A stretch of DNA of 64,000 bases, from assembly GCF_006345805.1 (NCBI RefSeq), contig NC_043015.1:28210001-28274000 (forward strand). The letters are read 5' to 3'. A program made the translations under genes and the position numbers. The DNA is from Octopus sinensis (Eukaryota). Below, one piece after another: positions 26,185 through 38,079 of the stretch. The notes beneath the pieces were generated by a model that worked only from the letters and a program-made list of their open reading frames with translations, was not told where the DNA came from and did no database searches. The first letter of the stretch is position 1; each line of letters opens with the position of its first letter.

Positions 26185-26242
26185 ATGTATACATGTGTGT
26201 GTGTATATATATATTATATATATATATAATATATATATATAT

Positions 26243-26306
<64 letters not shown>

Positions 26307-26400
26307 ATGTATATATATATATATGGATGTATGCATATATATATATATGGATGTATGTATATATATACATATATATATATGTATATACACACACACACGC
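26185..26400. repeat. (TA)n / (TG)n microsatellite
   Basis: Direct reading. Confidence 0.9.
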
Positions 26401-27850
26401 ACAGTGTTAAATTGAATGCATTAAATACAAAGTTCATACAATTATATCTGCAAAACACATACTCTTAATATAAGGTCAATGTATACAGAGTTATTGAGCA
26501 CTTTTGTATAGAAGGTGACTCAACAGCTCAAAAAAAACAAAAAAAGCCAGAGCTCAACTGAGCAATTCATCAAACTCATTGACATGAAAGAATCCAGCAA
26601 TGTCCTTTCTCGCATGCATGCATATACAAACACACTTTTCTCTCTGTCTCCCCACCCTCTGCTTCATCCCCCCATCTCCCAAATTAGCCACAATTCACTA
26701 CGTCACACTTCAGTTTCTAACTATATATATACACACATACATATACAAGATGTATGCATTATTTGATGTCGTAGAAGATTTCGTGTTGTGAAACTTGCCA
26801 AGGGTAAAAAAAAAAAACCTCAAATTAGTTTTCATCTCAAATACTGGCCTGGCACTCAGCCCAGATACCATCAATACCTCGTATGAAAACCATGCTAGCT
26901 TGGTTCACTCTGGCTTCTTCTTGTTTCCTTTTTTTCTTTATTTTCTTTTTTGGCATTGGTTTAGTTTCATAAAGACCAAACTGTCATTGGAATACTCGTC
27001 CTGTTACCAAACAATTTTTTCGTTCTTTTTGTTTTATTAACTTTCTACCTTGTTCTATATCAAGGACACCTTCCAATTTATCTTTCCATCAACCTTATTT
27101 CCCTTCCTTCTCAATCAGATTCCTCTTATTTATCTATTTATCTATCTATCTATCTTTCGATATCTTTCATACGATCAGGTCTCTCTTGAAAGACTATTTC
27201 TTTTTCTCTCTTTCTTTCACAAACACGCACAGCTTTTTTTTTCTATGTCCTTTATAATTTTCTTTAAACTCTTCTACATCTCCTTTTCTCTTTCTCATAA
27301 CCCCTCTTCATGAAGACTCCTTACACCTCTTCCTCTCTCGGCCTTGCTCTTTCTCTCACCATCTCCCATTACCTCTGTCTCCTTAAGTCCCTCTCTGCTT
27401 TTCTTTCTTCATATCTTTATCCTTCTCTCACAATCAGACACTTTCTTTCCATCCGTCTCAACACTCCACTCACCCATTATAACTTTATACTCTCTCACTC
27501 TCACTCATATATTTTCCTTCGTTGTTTGCAATTCCAATTGTGGCCTTTTAAAGTACGCCATCTTTTTTCTCCATTAAAAACAATTACAAAAAAAAAAAAA
27601 CATGCTAAATGCAAGCTATATATCATTAAAAAAAAAGAGCATGCACTGCGCACACAAGTGGTGCACTGAACAATGAAAAATGAATAACAATGTAGTGGAG
27701 GTTTTTTTATATATTTCTTCAAATTTTTTTTTCTACTTTTTTGAATTTTGATTTGTTTTTGATTTTTTTTTCTTAATTTTTTTTTTTTGTTATTTGTATG
27801 TTTTGGTCAAGAATATAACAATTTATGAATATTACGGATCTCGCAAAAAT

Positions 27851-30170
27851 TCAAGTTCTTTCAACAATTAACTTTAACTGGTCCAATCCTATAGAGGTTT
27901 GAAGCAACTGCTTCCTCATCGACTCGGAGAAGTCATTCGAACAAAGCCACAACACATTCAAACTACTACACTCGGTCATCATCTTCTGCAAGAGGCTGCC
28001 GCTCGCATCCCCTATGACGTTACCGCTCAGGTCGAGATGTTCTAAGCGACCGGTGTCGATTATGGCTTGCAGGATGAGCTGCACCTGCTGGTCTCCGATT
28101 CGGTTTTGACAAAGGATGAGTTCCGTCAGCTGAGGGAGGTTGAGTATCATCTGTTTGATTTTTTCGCACGCTCTGTCATCAACTGCGACTTTAAACGCAC
28201 CGGAGCGAATATCAATGCAGTTGAAGTTACGCAACGGCGACAGTAGACTGAGGTTCAGCTTGCGTAGGCCTTCGCAGTTGAGCAGCTCTTCTAAGATACG
28301 GTTCACAGAGGTGACGCTGGTGACGCAATTGCTGACCGAAAAACTGGAGAAGTTCTTTGAGAACTTGATTTTACCGACGAGGTTCTCAGTGGCACTTTCC
28401 AAGTCGCATCTTGCCAATTCAATTTTCTCGAAAATGTGGGGAAACACATTAAGGATGTACGCTAGACGATGGCGATTGTGAATGTTGTCTATACAGAGCA
28501 TGCGCAAAGCTATGTCGCTTGTGAAAACGGACCGTACCTTTTTGTACATAATCGGTGTGAAATTTCCAGCCCTGTTCATTTCACCGCAAAATGACAAAGT
28601 TCGTATATATTTATTCTTTTTAAATATTTCGCATACAATATCGACGATGTACTGACTGTTGAACACACTTTCGCAGTGTATAAGCAGCGTGGTCAAATTT
28701 TCTAGTCGGTTTATAGCATGGGCCAAGGATATACACAAGAAATATTGGTCCTCCATGCCATCCAAATGAAGAGTGATGCCACGGATTCTTAACCGACAAA
28801 GCCTTGCAAGTCGACAGAAATTTTCAAGAACTTGAGGTGGGCATCTCTGAATGTGGAACTCTAAGACATCTGGAAAATGTTCCACAACACAGTTCATAAG
28901 AGAAGAAGGAAAATAGATCTGACTAAGGCACTCTAAACATAAATCGTAGTCATGTACATTGCCTCTTGTTATTTTATCAAAGATTCCGATGCCGACACAT
29001 TTTTTCCGACTCATATTTGCCATGACATCTAGTAAACAGCGAACTGCGTCCTCGTCGTAACAGGACATAAGGGAACCAGTTAACACTACCCAGAGGAAAC
29101 CCATTTCTCGACTTAATACCCACTCTAAAAGATTATCTCTCTCGTACCTGTCTGTGTGTTCAGCGATGTAAACAGAGACAAAATATTCTAAAAAGTTTGT
29201 GCTAGGAAACATGTAGTATGATGTGGAATTTTGCAAAGGAAGAAGTTTGGCCTCAACAAAGAAGCCAAGATGAGTATTAGGGAGCTGCCAGAAATGGGAA
29301 TCTATTTCTTTAGGGCTACAGAATGACCTCTCTGATTTCCACATTTTTACAGACAGTGTGGACAATTTCTTCAAAACTACAGATATTAAATGTCTTTCGG
29401 GAAGAATTTGAAATTTGGTATAGTACCGACTAAGGGCACATTGCGTAAGTTCTCTGTACAAATGATAAATACTATTAGTCTTTGGTTTAGCATGGTTGTC
29501 TATAATAAGCCACGCTAGCAGAACTAGTGTATAGACATTCCGGAGAATTCTAGTAAGCACCAAATCTTTCCGAACCTTCTGAATCAAAAGCGACACCTCC
29601 AATGCAGAGAAATCTGACAGCAGCATTTCTTGAAGGAACACAAAACTACAATGGAACTGGAGTCCGACATTAAGAAACATTTGATCACAGAGTTGTCGAT
29701 TGGCGAATCTTGGACGGCAGGATATTAGCAGTTGCGCCTCGGGTAAACACAGAGAACTGAGAATACCACGTAGGTCTTCTTTACCGGAATCATTTACATA
29801 ATCAAAGTTATCAAGAATAACGAGTACTTCGTTTTGGATGGAAACCAGCCAATCGCAGATATCCTTGCAGCTGCATTTCTTCTCTTGGATCAACGGATTG
29901 AACAAAATATTCACTAATGAAACCAACCGCTCTCTTGCTTCCGCAGGTTTTATATCCGACAATGTTGATACTTGGAGACAGTCTACATAAATAATGACGG
30001 TGAACTTGTTCACATAGAAAGGGGACGACACCATTGTCTTTGTGGACCAGTCGTATAATAACTTCCAGCAGAGCAATCGTTGCTCGTGGACATCGCTCTC
30101 GACTAGGGTGATCTGTGTGAGATTGTGTTGAACTGGTGAGAAGAGGTCATAAATGGACACTTCATGACAC
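27851..30170 (-). CDS. NLR-like protein, terminal 2320-nt exon: degenerate NACHT, HD1/WHD/HD2 and RI-type leucine-rich repeats
   Basis: 769-aa open frame. Acceptor ttttttctgtttcag at 30171. NACHT-like LCWKLLYDW, VLVILDNFD, LLISCRP and FxxxxFxEYF. LRRs LTELILCQNRIGD, LEHLDLSGNVIGD, LNVLWLCSNDF. Confidence 0.85.
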
Positions 30171-30200
30171 CTGAAACAGAAAAAAGTAGAACAACATTAA

Positions 30201-30420
30201 CCCTTCTGTGTTTAAACCGGCCATATCCGGCCCAAATATTCTATATGTTTTATATTCAAACTGGCCATATCTAACCTCTCACACCTAACCTACAATGTTA
30301 TGCTAAAAATAAACAATCACATCATTGAAACCCCAAAGGTATAAGATAATGCTTGATTAATTCAGAACAATTTGAGTAAAAAAATATTACATTTAACACA
30401 GTAATCTGAACACTAAAGGG
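30201..30420 (-). mobile_element. 220-bp TTAA-target MITE
   Basis: CCCTT...AAAGGG, TTAA TSD at 30197-30200 and 30421-30424. Confidence 0.85.
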
Positions 30421-30850
30421 TTAAAACATCCAAGTTGTTGATAGAGAGAATAAAATAAATCATCATCATTGTTTTAATGCCCATTTTTCTTTGCTTGCAG
30501 GGGTCAAATACAGTTTATTGAGGCAGATTTTATAAGGTCACAATGCCCTTCCTGTTGCTAACCTTCACTTTTTTCCAAGCAAGATATTTACCCATGGTCA
30601 GACGTTTTCACGGAATATATTGAAAATGAACGACAATGCTTGTATAACAGTGACGCTCATTTACAACCATCACACACAGTCAAGACAAGAGCACACACAC
30701 ACACACACGCGAATACACACTTATGTATGTACACACATACACATACTATGGGTTTCTTTCCGTTCCAATCTCCCAAAACCACTCACAAGGCTTTTGTTGG
30801 CCCAGGGCTATAGCAGAACACACTTGCTTAAAGTGACAAACATGTGGTTC

Positions 30851-31253
30851 TCTTTCTCTTTCTCTTTTACTTGTTTCAATCATTTGACTGTGGCCATGCT
30901 GGAGCACCGCCTTTAGTCGAGCAAATCGACCCCAGGACTTATTCTTTGTAAGCCTAGTACTTATTATATCGGTCTCTTTTGCCGAACTGCTAAGTTACGG
31001 GGACATAAACACACCAGCATCGGTTCTCAAGTGATGTTGGAGGGACAAACGCAGACACACAAACACACACACATATATATACATATATACAACAGGTTTC
31101 TTTCAGTTTCCGTCTACCAAATCCACTCACAAGGCTTTGGTCGGCCCTAGGCTATAGAAGAAGACACTTGCCCAAGGTGCCACGCAGTGGGACTGAACCC
31201 GGAACCATGTGGTTGGTAAGCAAGCTACTTACCACACAGCCACTTATGCGCCT
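30851..31253 (-). mobile_element. SINE family A, full length
   Basis: Matches family A. Confidence 0.85.
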
Positions 31254-31379
31254 TTTTAATCATACAGTTATATATGCATTAAAAAAAAATGAAAAACAAA
31301 AAGAAAACAATTTAGCTGCATTATAACTACAGATGAGAGAAATTCGATCTAGTCTGGCGGCATCCGAAAAAATATGAAA

Positions 31380-31620
31380 CAAAAAAAAAATTTTATTACA
31401 TGAATCTGTTACCACCACGACAGTCAACTATTTGATGCCAAACACGAGTCTGATGTTGAATACATCCACAAATTTTTCGCTCAGAGATAGCTCTTCCCAA
31501 GACTGCAAGATGGCTTCGTGCAATTCATGCATCGTTGTAGGGTTTTTCAGTTCAACTTTATCGGCCACAAATTTGAAAATGCCTTCATCTAATGGATTCC
31601 ACGTGTAAACATGTGTTGAA
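31380..31620 (-). mobile_element. Tc1/mariner transposase C-terminal relic (frameshifted)
   Basis: WNPLDEGIF...KNPTTMHELHEAILQSWEEL, then CIQ...IVDCRGG. Confidence 0.6.
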
Positions 31621-32611
31621 TAGAACTCACTGAATAAATCTTAATCAACTGTGTTGACAATTGTATGCACCTGACATATGCTAACGAGTATGCAGCCAGA
31701 CTTTTCACACAGAGGATAATTAACTCTGAACTGAGAAACTATTTCTACTGAACACTGTAAAATTATCTGACTTTAGTTTCTAAGCTTATACTATCTTACT
31801 GGAGTATTGTATTTCAACTATCTTCTTTCAGTTCGACTGTATAGTTATTTTTATCTTGGTCAAGTAAACTGGTATACAGGATATAAAGTATATTTTTGAC
31901 TGTCTTGTTTTGTGTAAGTGTAATCAGACACCAGGGTGGCACACCACTCACTATAGCTTCATTGTCATCCACCCACTGCAAGTACCTGACAGGTGGGTGG
32001 AAGTTTGTCAACAATCCTTTCACCTTTCTAGGAGACGTGTTTTGTTTGGTGAATTAAGACAATATTTATCAGGTGCAGGAGTGGCTGTGTGGTAAGAAGC
32101 TTGCTTCCCAACTTCATGGTTCTGGGTTCAGTCCCACTGCATGGTACACAACATGTGCTTGGACATCTTGCCTAAGCACATGCTGAAGAGCATCAGAAAG
32201 GTTGAAATGCACTGAGTATTCCTCACTGGCTGCAGCGAGGATGATTTCCATCTTCCATCTCCCTCCAATTTTTAGTGTTAACAAAGCACATCCATAAAAG
32301 ATGTTATCTCACAAGCAAAAATGCAATAACTGACCTATCAATAGTGTATATCAAATATGCTACATTGCCAACAGGTAGGTGCAGGTGTGGCACCAACCTC
32401 ATGATTCTCGGTTCAGTCCCACTGCATGGCACACTGGGCCAGTGTCTTCTACTATGGCCTTAGTCTGACTAAAACCTTGTGAGTGGATTTGAAAGATGGA
32501 AACTGAAAGAAGCCAGGTGTGCGTGCATGCATGCTTGTGTGTGTGTTCATGTTCTTGTATCTTGGCAGTTCAGCAAAAGTGACTGATAGAATAAGTATCA
32601 GAGCTAGGGAA

Positions 32612-32800
32612 ATCCTGGGAATATAAGGAATCCAAGAAGCTCTTTATGAACTTTCAAAAATGCTCGTTTCAAATCCTGGAAATATAAGGACTCCAAGAAG
32701 CTCTTTATGAACTTTCAAAAATGTTTGTTTAAGATCCTGGAAATATAAGGAATCCAAGAATCTCTTTATGAACTTTCAAAAATGCCTCTTTTCAGATCCT
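32612..32800. repeat. 61-bp tandem repeat, 3 copies plus a partial
   Basis: atcct at 32612, 32673, 32734 and 32796. Confidence 0.9.
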
Positions 32801-32979
32801 TCAAATACAAGATTACAACTTCTTAGTGGTGATGAATGTTTGGTATGATATTTTAGGCGGAGTGGATGTTGTAAGCAAAACAAAGTAGATTGCCTCTGTG
32901 GAACTGTCCACCAAAATTCTATTATGGAACACAGACACTAATTAATTGAATTAATATTCTGCAAATGGATATGAAATAG

Positions 32980-33392
32980 TAGGTGCAGGAGTGGTTGTGT
33001 GGTAAGTAGCTTGCTTACGAACCACATGGTTCCAGGTTCAGTCCCACTGCGTGCCATCTTGGATAAGTGTCTTCTACTATAGCCTCGGGCCGACCAAAGC
33101 CTTGTGAGTGGATTTGGTAGAAGGAAACTGAAAAGAAGCCTGTCATATATATGTATATATGTGTATGTGTATGTTTGTGTGTCTGTGTTTGTCCCCCTAG
33201 CATTGCTTGACAACCGATGCTGGTGTGTTTATATCCCCGTTACTTAGTGGTTCGGCAAAAGAGACCAATAGAATAAGTACTGGGCTTACAAAAGAATAAG
33301 TCCCAGGGTCGATTTGCTCGATTAAAGGCGGTGCTCCAGCATGGCCGCAGTGAAATGACTGAAACAAGTAAAATAGTAAAAGAGAGTAAAGA
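32980..33392 (+). mobile_element. SINE family A, full length
   Basis: Matches family A. Confidence 0.85.
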
Positions 33393-34168
33393 GAGCATTA
33401 GCAAAAGTATTGGCTACAGAATTAGATCTTTTTATCTGTTTACATATTTCAGTCATTGAACTGCAACCAAGCTGGAACACTAGCTTAAAGTTTAGTCAAA
33501 TTGACTCTAGTACTTATTTGGTCAAGTTTGATGCTTATTCCATTGGTCCCTTTGGCTGAACCGCTAAGTTACAGGGATAAAAACAAACTGACACAAAGAT
33601 ACACATATAATGGGCTTCGACATGTCTACCAAATTCGCTCACAAGTCATTAGTTAGTGAAGGGCTATAGTATAAAAGACACTTGCTCAAGGTGCTGTGCA
33701 GTAGGACTGAACCAGAAGCTACATCATTGCAACGCAAGCTTCTTAACCACAGAGCCATACATGTATCTAGATGTAGAAACTATTCTTGAAAGTAAAAGAA
33801 TGTACCAACAACAACAGCAAAAAGCAAATAGGTGAGGTAGTTTGAAACTGATTGCACCGAGATTTAAAATACCAATAATCTACAAAAAAGACTAAAAAAA
33901 AATTAATCATAAATTCCTTGTAATGCTTGAGAAAGATTTGAAGTTTTACAAAATTTCTACAAGATGTGAGAATTTTTGGAAAACTTAAAAGATTTGTGAG
34001 ATATAAATAAACTGAGATTAGCAAGTCAAGGTTTAGCGGATAAGTTACGTTACCAAGAACATTGCAATGTTAACAGATGTGATCTTTTGACTGAACTTGA
34101 TAGCGCAAAGGAATTATTTTCTGGAGATGTAAAGCTTCTGACAGAAGCCACAAGATTTATCGACAGTA

Positions 34169-35493
34169 GTGGCTGGAGTGGCTGTGTGGTAAGTAGCTTG
34201 TTTACAAACCACATGGTTCCGTGTTCAGTCCCACTGCGTGGCATCTTGGGCAAGTGTCTTCTACTATAGTCCTGGGCCGACCAATGCCTTGTGAGTGGAT
34301 TTGGTAGACGGAAACTGAAAGAAGCCCGTCGTATATATGCGTGTATATGTACATGTAGAGGTAGGTACGTACATATATGTTTATATATATGCATATATTC
34401 TATTTTATTAACATATACGATTAAACGCACGCACCCTACTAAGTAAGATTGTTCTGTTTATCAAGTTAGCCTTGATATTAACTCTCACGCGACTCTGCAT
34501 CTTTCTTTCTTTCTCTCCCATTCCCTTTTTCGTCTTTTTTTCCCTCACTTAACTTGTCTCTTCCTCTCTCTCTCATTCTTCATTCTCTCTCTCCCTTTCA
34601 CCATTCTTCATGGTCTCCTCGCACCATTCCCCTTCTTCTCTCTCTTCCTCTTGCTCCTCCTCCCCCATTCCCGTCATCCATCTGCGACGATACTTCCGTC
34701 GTAACTGCTCCTGTCCTTTCTCGCCCGCCTTGCAAGGCTTCTGGTTGACAAATTTTCCCTCTCTGTCTTCCACGATAATCCAGCGTTTACAATACTTTTT
34801 TCGTCTGGCGTTAACAGCCCTTCTTATCTTGTTCTCCTTGTCTTGTCTCTCACTGTTATATATTTATTTTTCCACTGTTTATATATATATTTTTTACTGT
34901 TTATATGTTTGTACTGTCGTTACCGTCTTGCTTTTTTTTACCCCTCTGCGAAAAGATCTCAGAATTTTAATTGATTTGCTTTTCGCGGAAGGATTTTTCT
35001 TCGAAGTATACGTCTCGCTTTTATCCTTCGAAACGTTTAGTAGATGAAATCTTAGCGACTGAAGAAGGGGATTTTTCGTTGTGCTTATTGTCCTGTATCT
35101 CTCCCCTTTTTTTTGCTCGTCTTGTTCCTTGGTTTGTGTCTATGTGTTTCGTCTCTCTATGTGTTCGACGTCTTTTTGGTGTCCTGTACACATATATGCG
35201 TGTATATGTACATGTAGAGGTAGGTACGTACATATATGTTTATATATATGCATATATTCTATTTTATTAACATATATATATATATATGTGTGTGTTTGTG
35301 ATTGTCCCCCTAGCATTGCTTGACAACCGACACTGGTGTGTTTACGTCCCCGTCACTTAGCGGTTCGGCAAAAGAGACCGATAGAATAAGTACTGGGCTT
35401 ACAAAAAAAGAATAAGTCCCAGGGTCGATTTGCTCAACTACAGGCGGTGCTCCAGCATGGCCGCAGTCAAATGACTGAAACAAGTAAAAGAGT
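34169..35493 (+). mobile_element. SINE family A, split by the 34333-35276 insert and flanked by a 168-bp direct repeat
   Basis: Head 34169-34332, tail 35277-35493. Confidence 0.85.
34333..35276 (+). mobile_element. Penelope-like or circular-template insert (859-bp unit plus 85-bp terminal redundancy) inside a SINE microsatellite
   Basis: Identical 85-bp repeats at 34333-34417 and 35192-35276; pyrimidine-rich body; CGAAACGT and CTGAAGAAG motifs at 35029-35067. Confidence 0.55.
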
Positions 35494-36417
35494 ATATAAA
35501 TAAACTGAGATTAGCAAGTCAAGGTTTAGCGGATAAGTTACGTTACCAAGAACATTGCAATGTTAACAGATGTGATCTTTTGACTGAACTTGATAGCGCA
35601 AAAGAATTATTTCCTGGAGATGTAAAGCTTCTGACAGAAGCCACAAGATTTATCGACAGTAATAAGCTACGGATGCCATGCCATGTGCACAAGACGCATT
35701 AACGGTAATGTTTACAATAGATATAACCGTTGCCATGGAGAGAGAAGCTTTAGTAAACCAAAGCTTACAAAGACAAATTTACAGTCATCCTTGACGAAGC
35801 AAGACAGATAAAATTGTTTGGTAATTATATCAATAGAAAATGATATTATATAAAAAATAGATTAAAAATGTGAGATATAGAAAATGCTATGTAAACATAG
35901 GCTAATCTGAAGTCAAGTATATTGTTTTAGTTAGGATAAAACATGATGTTTAGCATCTGTTCTCAGGTTTAGATTCGTCGATTTATTAGATGAGAATTTG
36001 TTACAACTACAGGAGATCAACAAAACTCTTCAGATTTTCTCTTACCCAACCTGAATCAACTTGGTGTTTGTTTATAACGAAAATGTATCAAGATCCTTGT
36101 CAGCTGTATAGAAACAAAAAAATCTCTCTCGCTCTTTCTCTCTCTCTGTCAATGAAAGGATTTGATACTTTGCTGTCATGTTTGAACTGTCCTCTTTGAC
36201 TGATAAATTACAATACACGGTTTATTCTTATATTTGCCAACATAAGCATGGCTGCATGGTTGAGAAATTCACTTTGCGGTTTCAAGTTCAGTTTTGCTGT
36301 GAACTAACTTGGGCAAAAGTGTCTTCTGCTATAAGCCCCAGGCAGACTCAAAACTTAAGTAGTGTAGAAACAAAATCTCTCTCTTTCTCTCTCTAAATAA
36401 ATAAATAAATAAATCAC

Positions 36418-36812
36418 TCTATATATAAAGCTGAAGTTGTCTGTGTATGGCAGGTTTGGTAGCCTTCAACTAACACCATCTCCTCAGAGACCCTGCAGCA
36501 CAAGTTGACCAAAATTGAGAGTATGATAGAAGAAGGCTTGCTCTTCCTTCCATAGAAGAAAAAATTCAAATCGGACCATGTGAACACCAAAAATTATTTA
36601 CATAAAAAAAGGTGCTTTTTTTCTATGAAAATCCCTATTTTTTACGATTTTTTTACTGCTGTGTCACCATTTTTCGGTGTATTTCAACCAGAAAAATGTT
36701 CACTTAAAGAGAAAAACATGTTACAAAATGCAAAATTTTTCCTTTTCAAAAATTCCAATTGTAAAGGGTTGAAAAGAAAACAAGCCCGAGCAACGCTGGG
36801 CTATACTGCTAG
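36418..36812 (+). mobile_element. Non-autonomous Helitron
   Basis: 5' TCTATATATAAAG; 3' hairpin CCCGAGCAACGCTGGG followed by CTAG|T. Confidence 0.75.
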
Positions 36813-37015
36813 TAAATAAATAAAAGGATTGGATACTTTGATATCATGTTTGAACTATCCTCTTTGAGTAATTAATTGCAATGCACACGGCTCCCTGATT
36901 AAGAAGCTCACGTTATAGTTTCAGGTTCAATCCCACAGCTTGGCACTTTGGACATGTATTTTCGACTATAGCACCAGGCAGACATAAGAGTGGATCTGGT
37001 AGATAGAAACTAAAG

Positions 37016-37381
37016 GTGGCGAGCTGGCAGAAACATTAGTACGCTGGGCGAAATGCTTAGGGGTATTTCGTCTGCTGTTACGTTCTGAGTTCAAATTCCA
37101 CCGAGGTCAACTTTGCCTTTCATCCTTTCGGACGCACTGGGGTCGATGTAATCGACTTAATCCGTTTGTCTGTCCTTGTTTGTCCCCTCTGTGATTAGCC
37201 CTTTGTGGGTAGTAAAGAAAAAGATATTTCATCTGCTGTTACGTTCTAAGTTCAAATTCCGTCGAGGTCGATAAATTAAGTACCAGTTACGTACTGGGGT
37301 TGATGTAATCAACTTAATCCGTTTATCTGTCCTTGTTTCTCCCCTCTATGTTTAGCCCCTTGTGGGCAATAAAGAAATAAG
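37016..37381 (+). mobile_element. SINE family B dimer with internal deletions
   Basis: Matches family B. Confidence 0.8.
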
Positions 37382-37416
37382 AAACTAAAAGAAGCCTATT
37401 ATATATGTTTGTGTGA

Positions 37417-37745
37417 AGGTGCATGACTCAGTGGTTAGAGCATCAGGCCCACAATCATGAAGTTGTGAGTTCAATTCCCAGACCGGATTCTGTGTTGTGT
37501 TCTTGAGCAAGAGACTTTATTTCACATTGCTCCCATTCACTCAGCTGCAGAAATGAGTTGCAACGTCACGGCTGCTAAGTTGTATCAGTCTTTGCCTTTC
37601 CCTTGGATAACACCAATCACGTGGAGAGAGAAGGCTGGTATGCATGGGTAACTGTTAGTCTTCCATAAACAACTTAGCCCAGATTTGTGCCTTGGAGGGG
37701 AACTAGGTGCATCCCATGGTCATTCATAACTGAAGGGGGTCTTTA
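37417..37745 (+). mobile_element. SINE family D, diverged copy
   Basis: Colinear with 54196-54530. Confidence 0.75.
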
Positions 37746-37841
37746 CCCATTCTTTAAAAAAAATTTTTTTTTAACTAAAATGAAAGTAGCAGGGTACAGT
37801 TTAATGCTTGCAACAAAAACAGCCAATAGGGGACAACTTAC

Positions 37842-38046
37842 CTATAAGGGGGCTGATTACTGTCATGGTACATAGAAGTGATGTCTGGTATATCGTTCCT
37901 GTTTCGGAAGTCCAGCACCCGATACAGGCAGAGGTTGAGGTCCTGTGTCCGAAGTTCTGGAAATTTTCCCCACGGTGAACTGAATCCAACGCTTGCAGTT
38001 TCTCCATAGAACTGCTTCAGGTGGTCAATGATAACGTCTTGAATTT
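37842..38046 (-). CDS. NLR-like gene, upstream exon (EIQDVIIDHLKQFY...NQPPYR)
   Basis: cttttgcag acceptor at 38047 and AG|GTAAGT donor at 37841. The 205-nt exon ends in phase 2 and joins the 30170 exon in frame (R-C-H-E-V-S-I-Y-D-L-F). LKQFY resembles the pre-NACHT helix. Confidence 0.75.
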
Positions 38047-38079
38047 CTGCAAAAGAAATATTGAAATAGAAATTAGAGA

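Larger units (their letters stand above)
33770..35880 (+). mobile_element. hAT transposase relic (dimerisation domain) interrupted by a SINE and a Penelope-type insert
   Basis: DLLTELDSAKELF...; TIDITVAM-ERSFSKPKLTKTNLQSSL resembles hAT TxPVTVASAERSFSKLKLIKTYLRSTM. Confidence 0.7.

Noticed and set aside
23267-26468. Long ORFs of Y/I/H/T/C/V (also 47044-47727 and 58435-62298)
   Set aside because: These are translations of (CA)n, (TA)n and (TG)n repeats, open in several frames on both strands.
36155-36890. ~65-bp direct repeat (36155 and 36822) as a Helitron target duplication
   Set aside because: Helitrons make no TSD, the copies are diverged, and the left copy is about 200 bp from the element; more likely an older local duplication.
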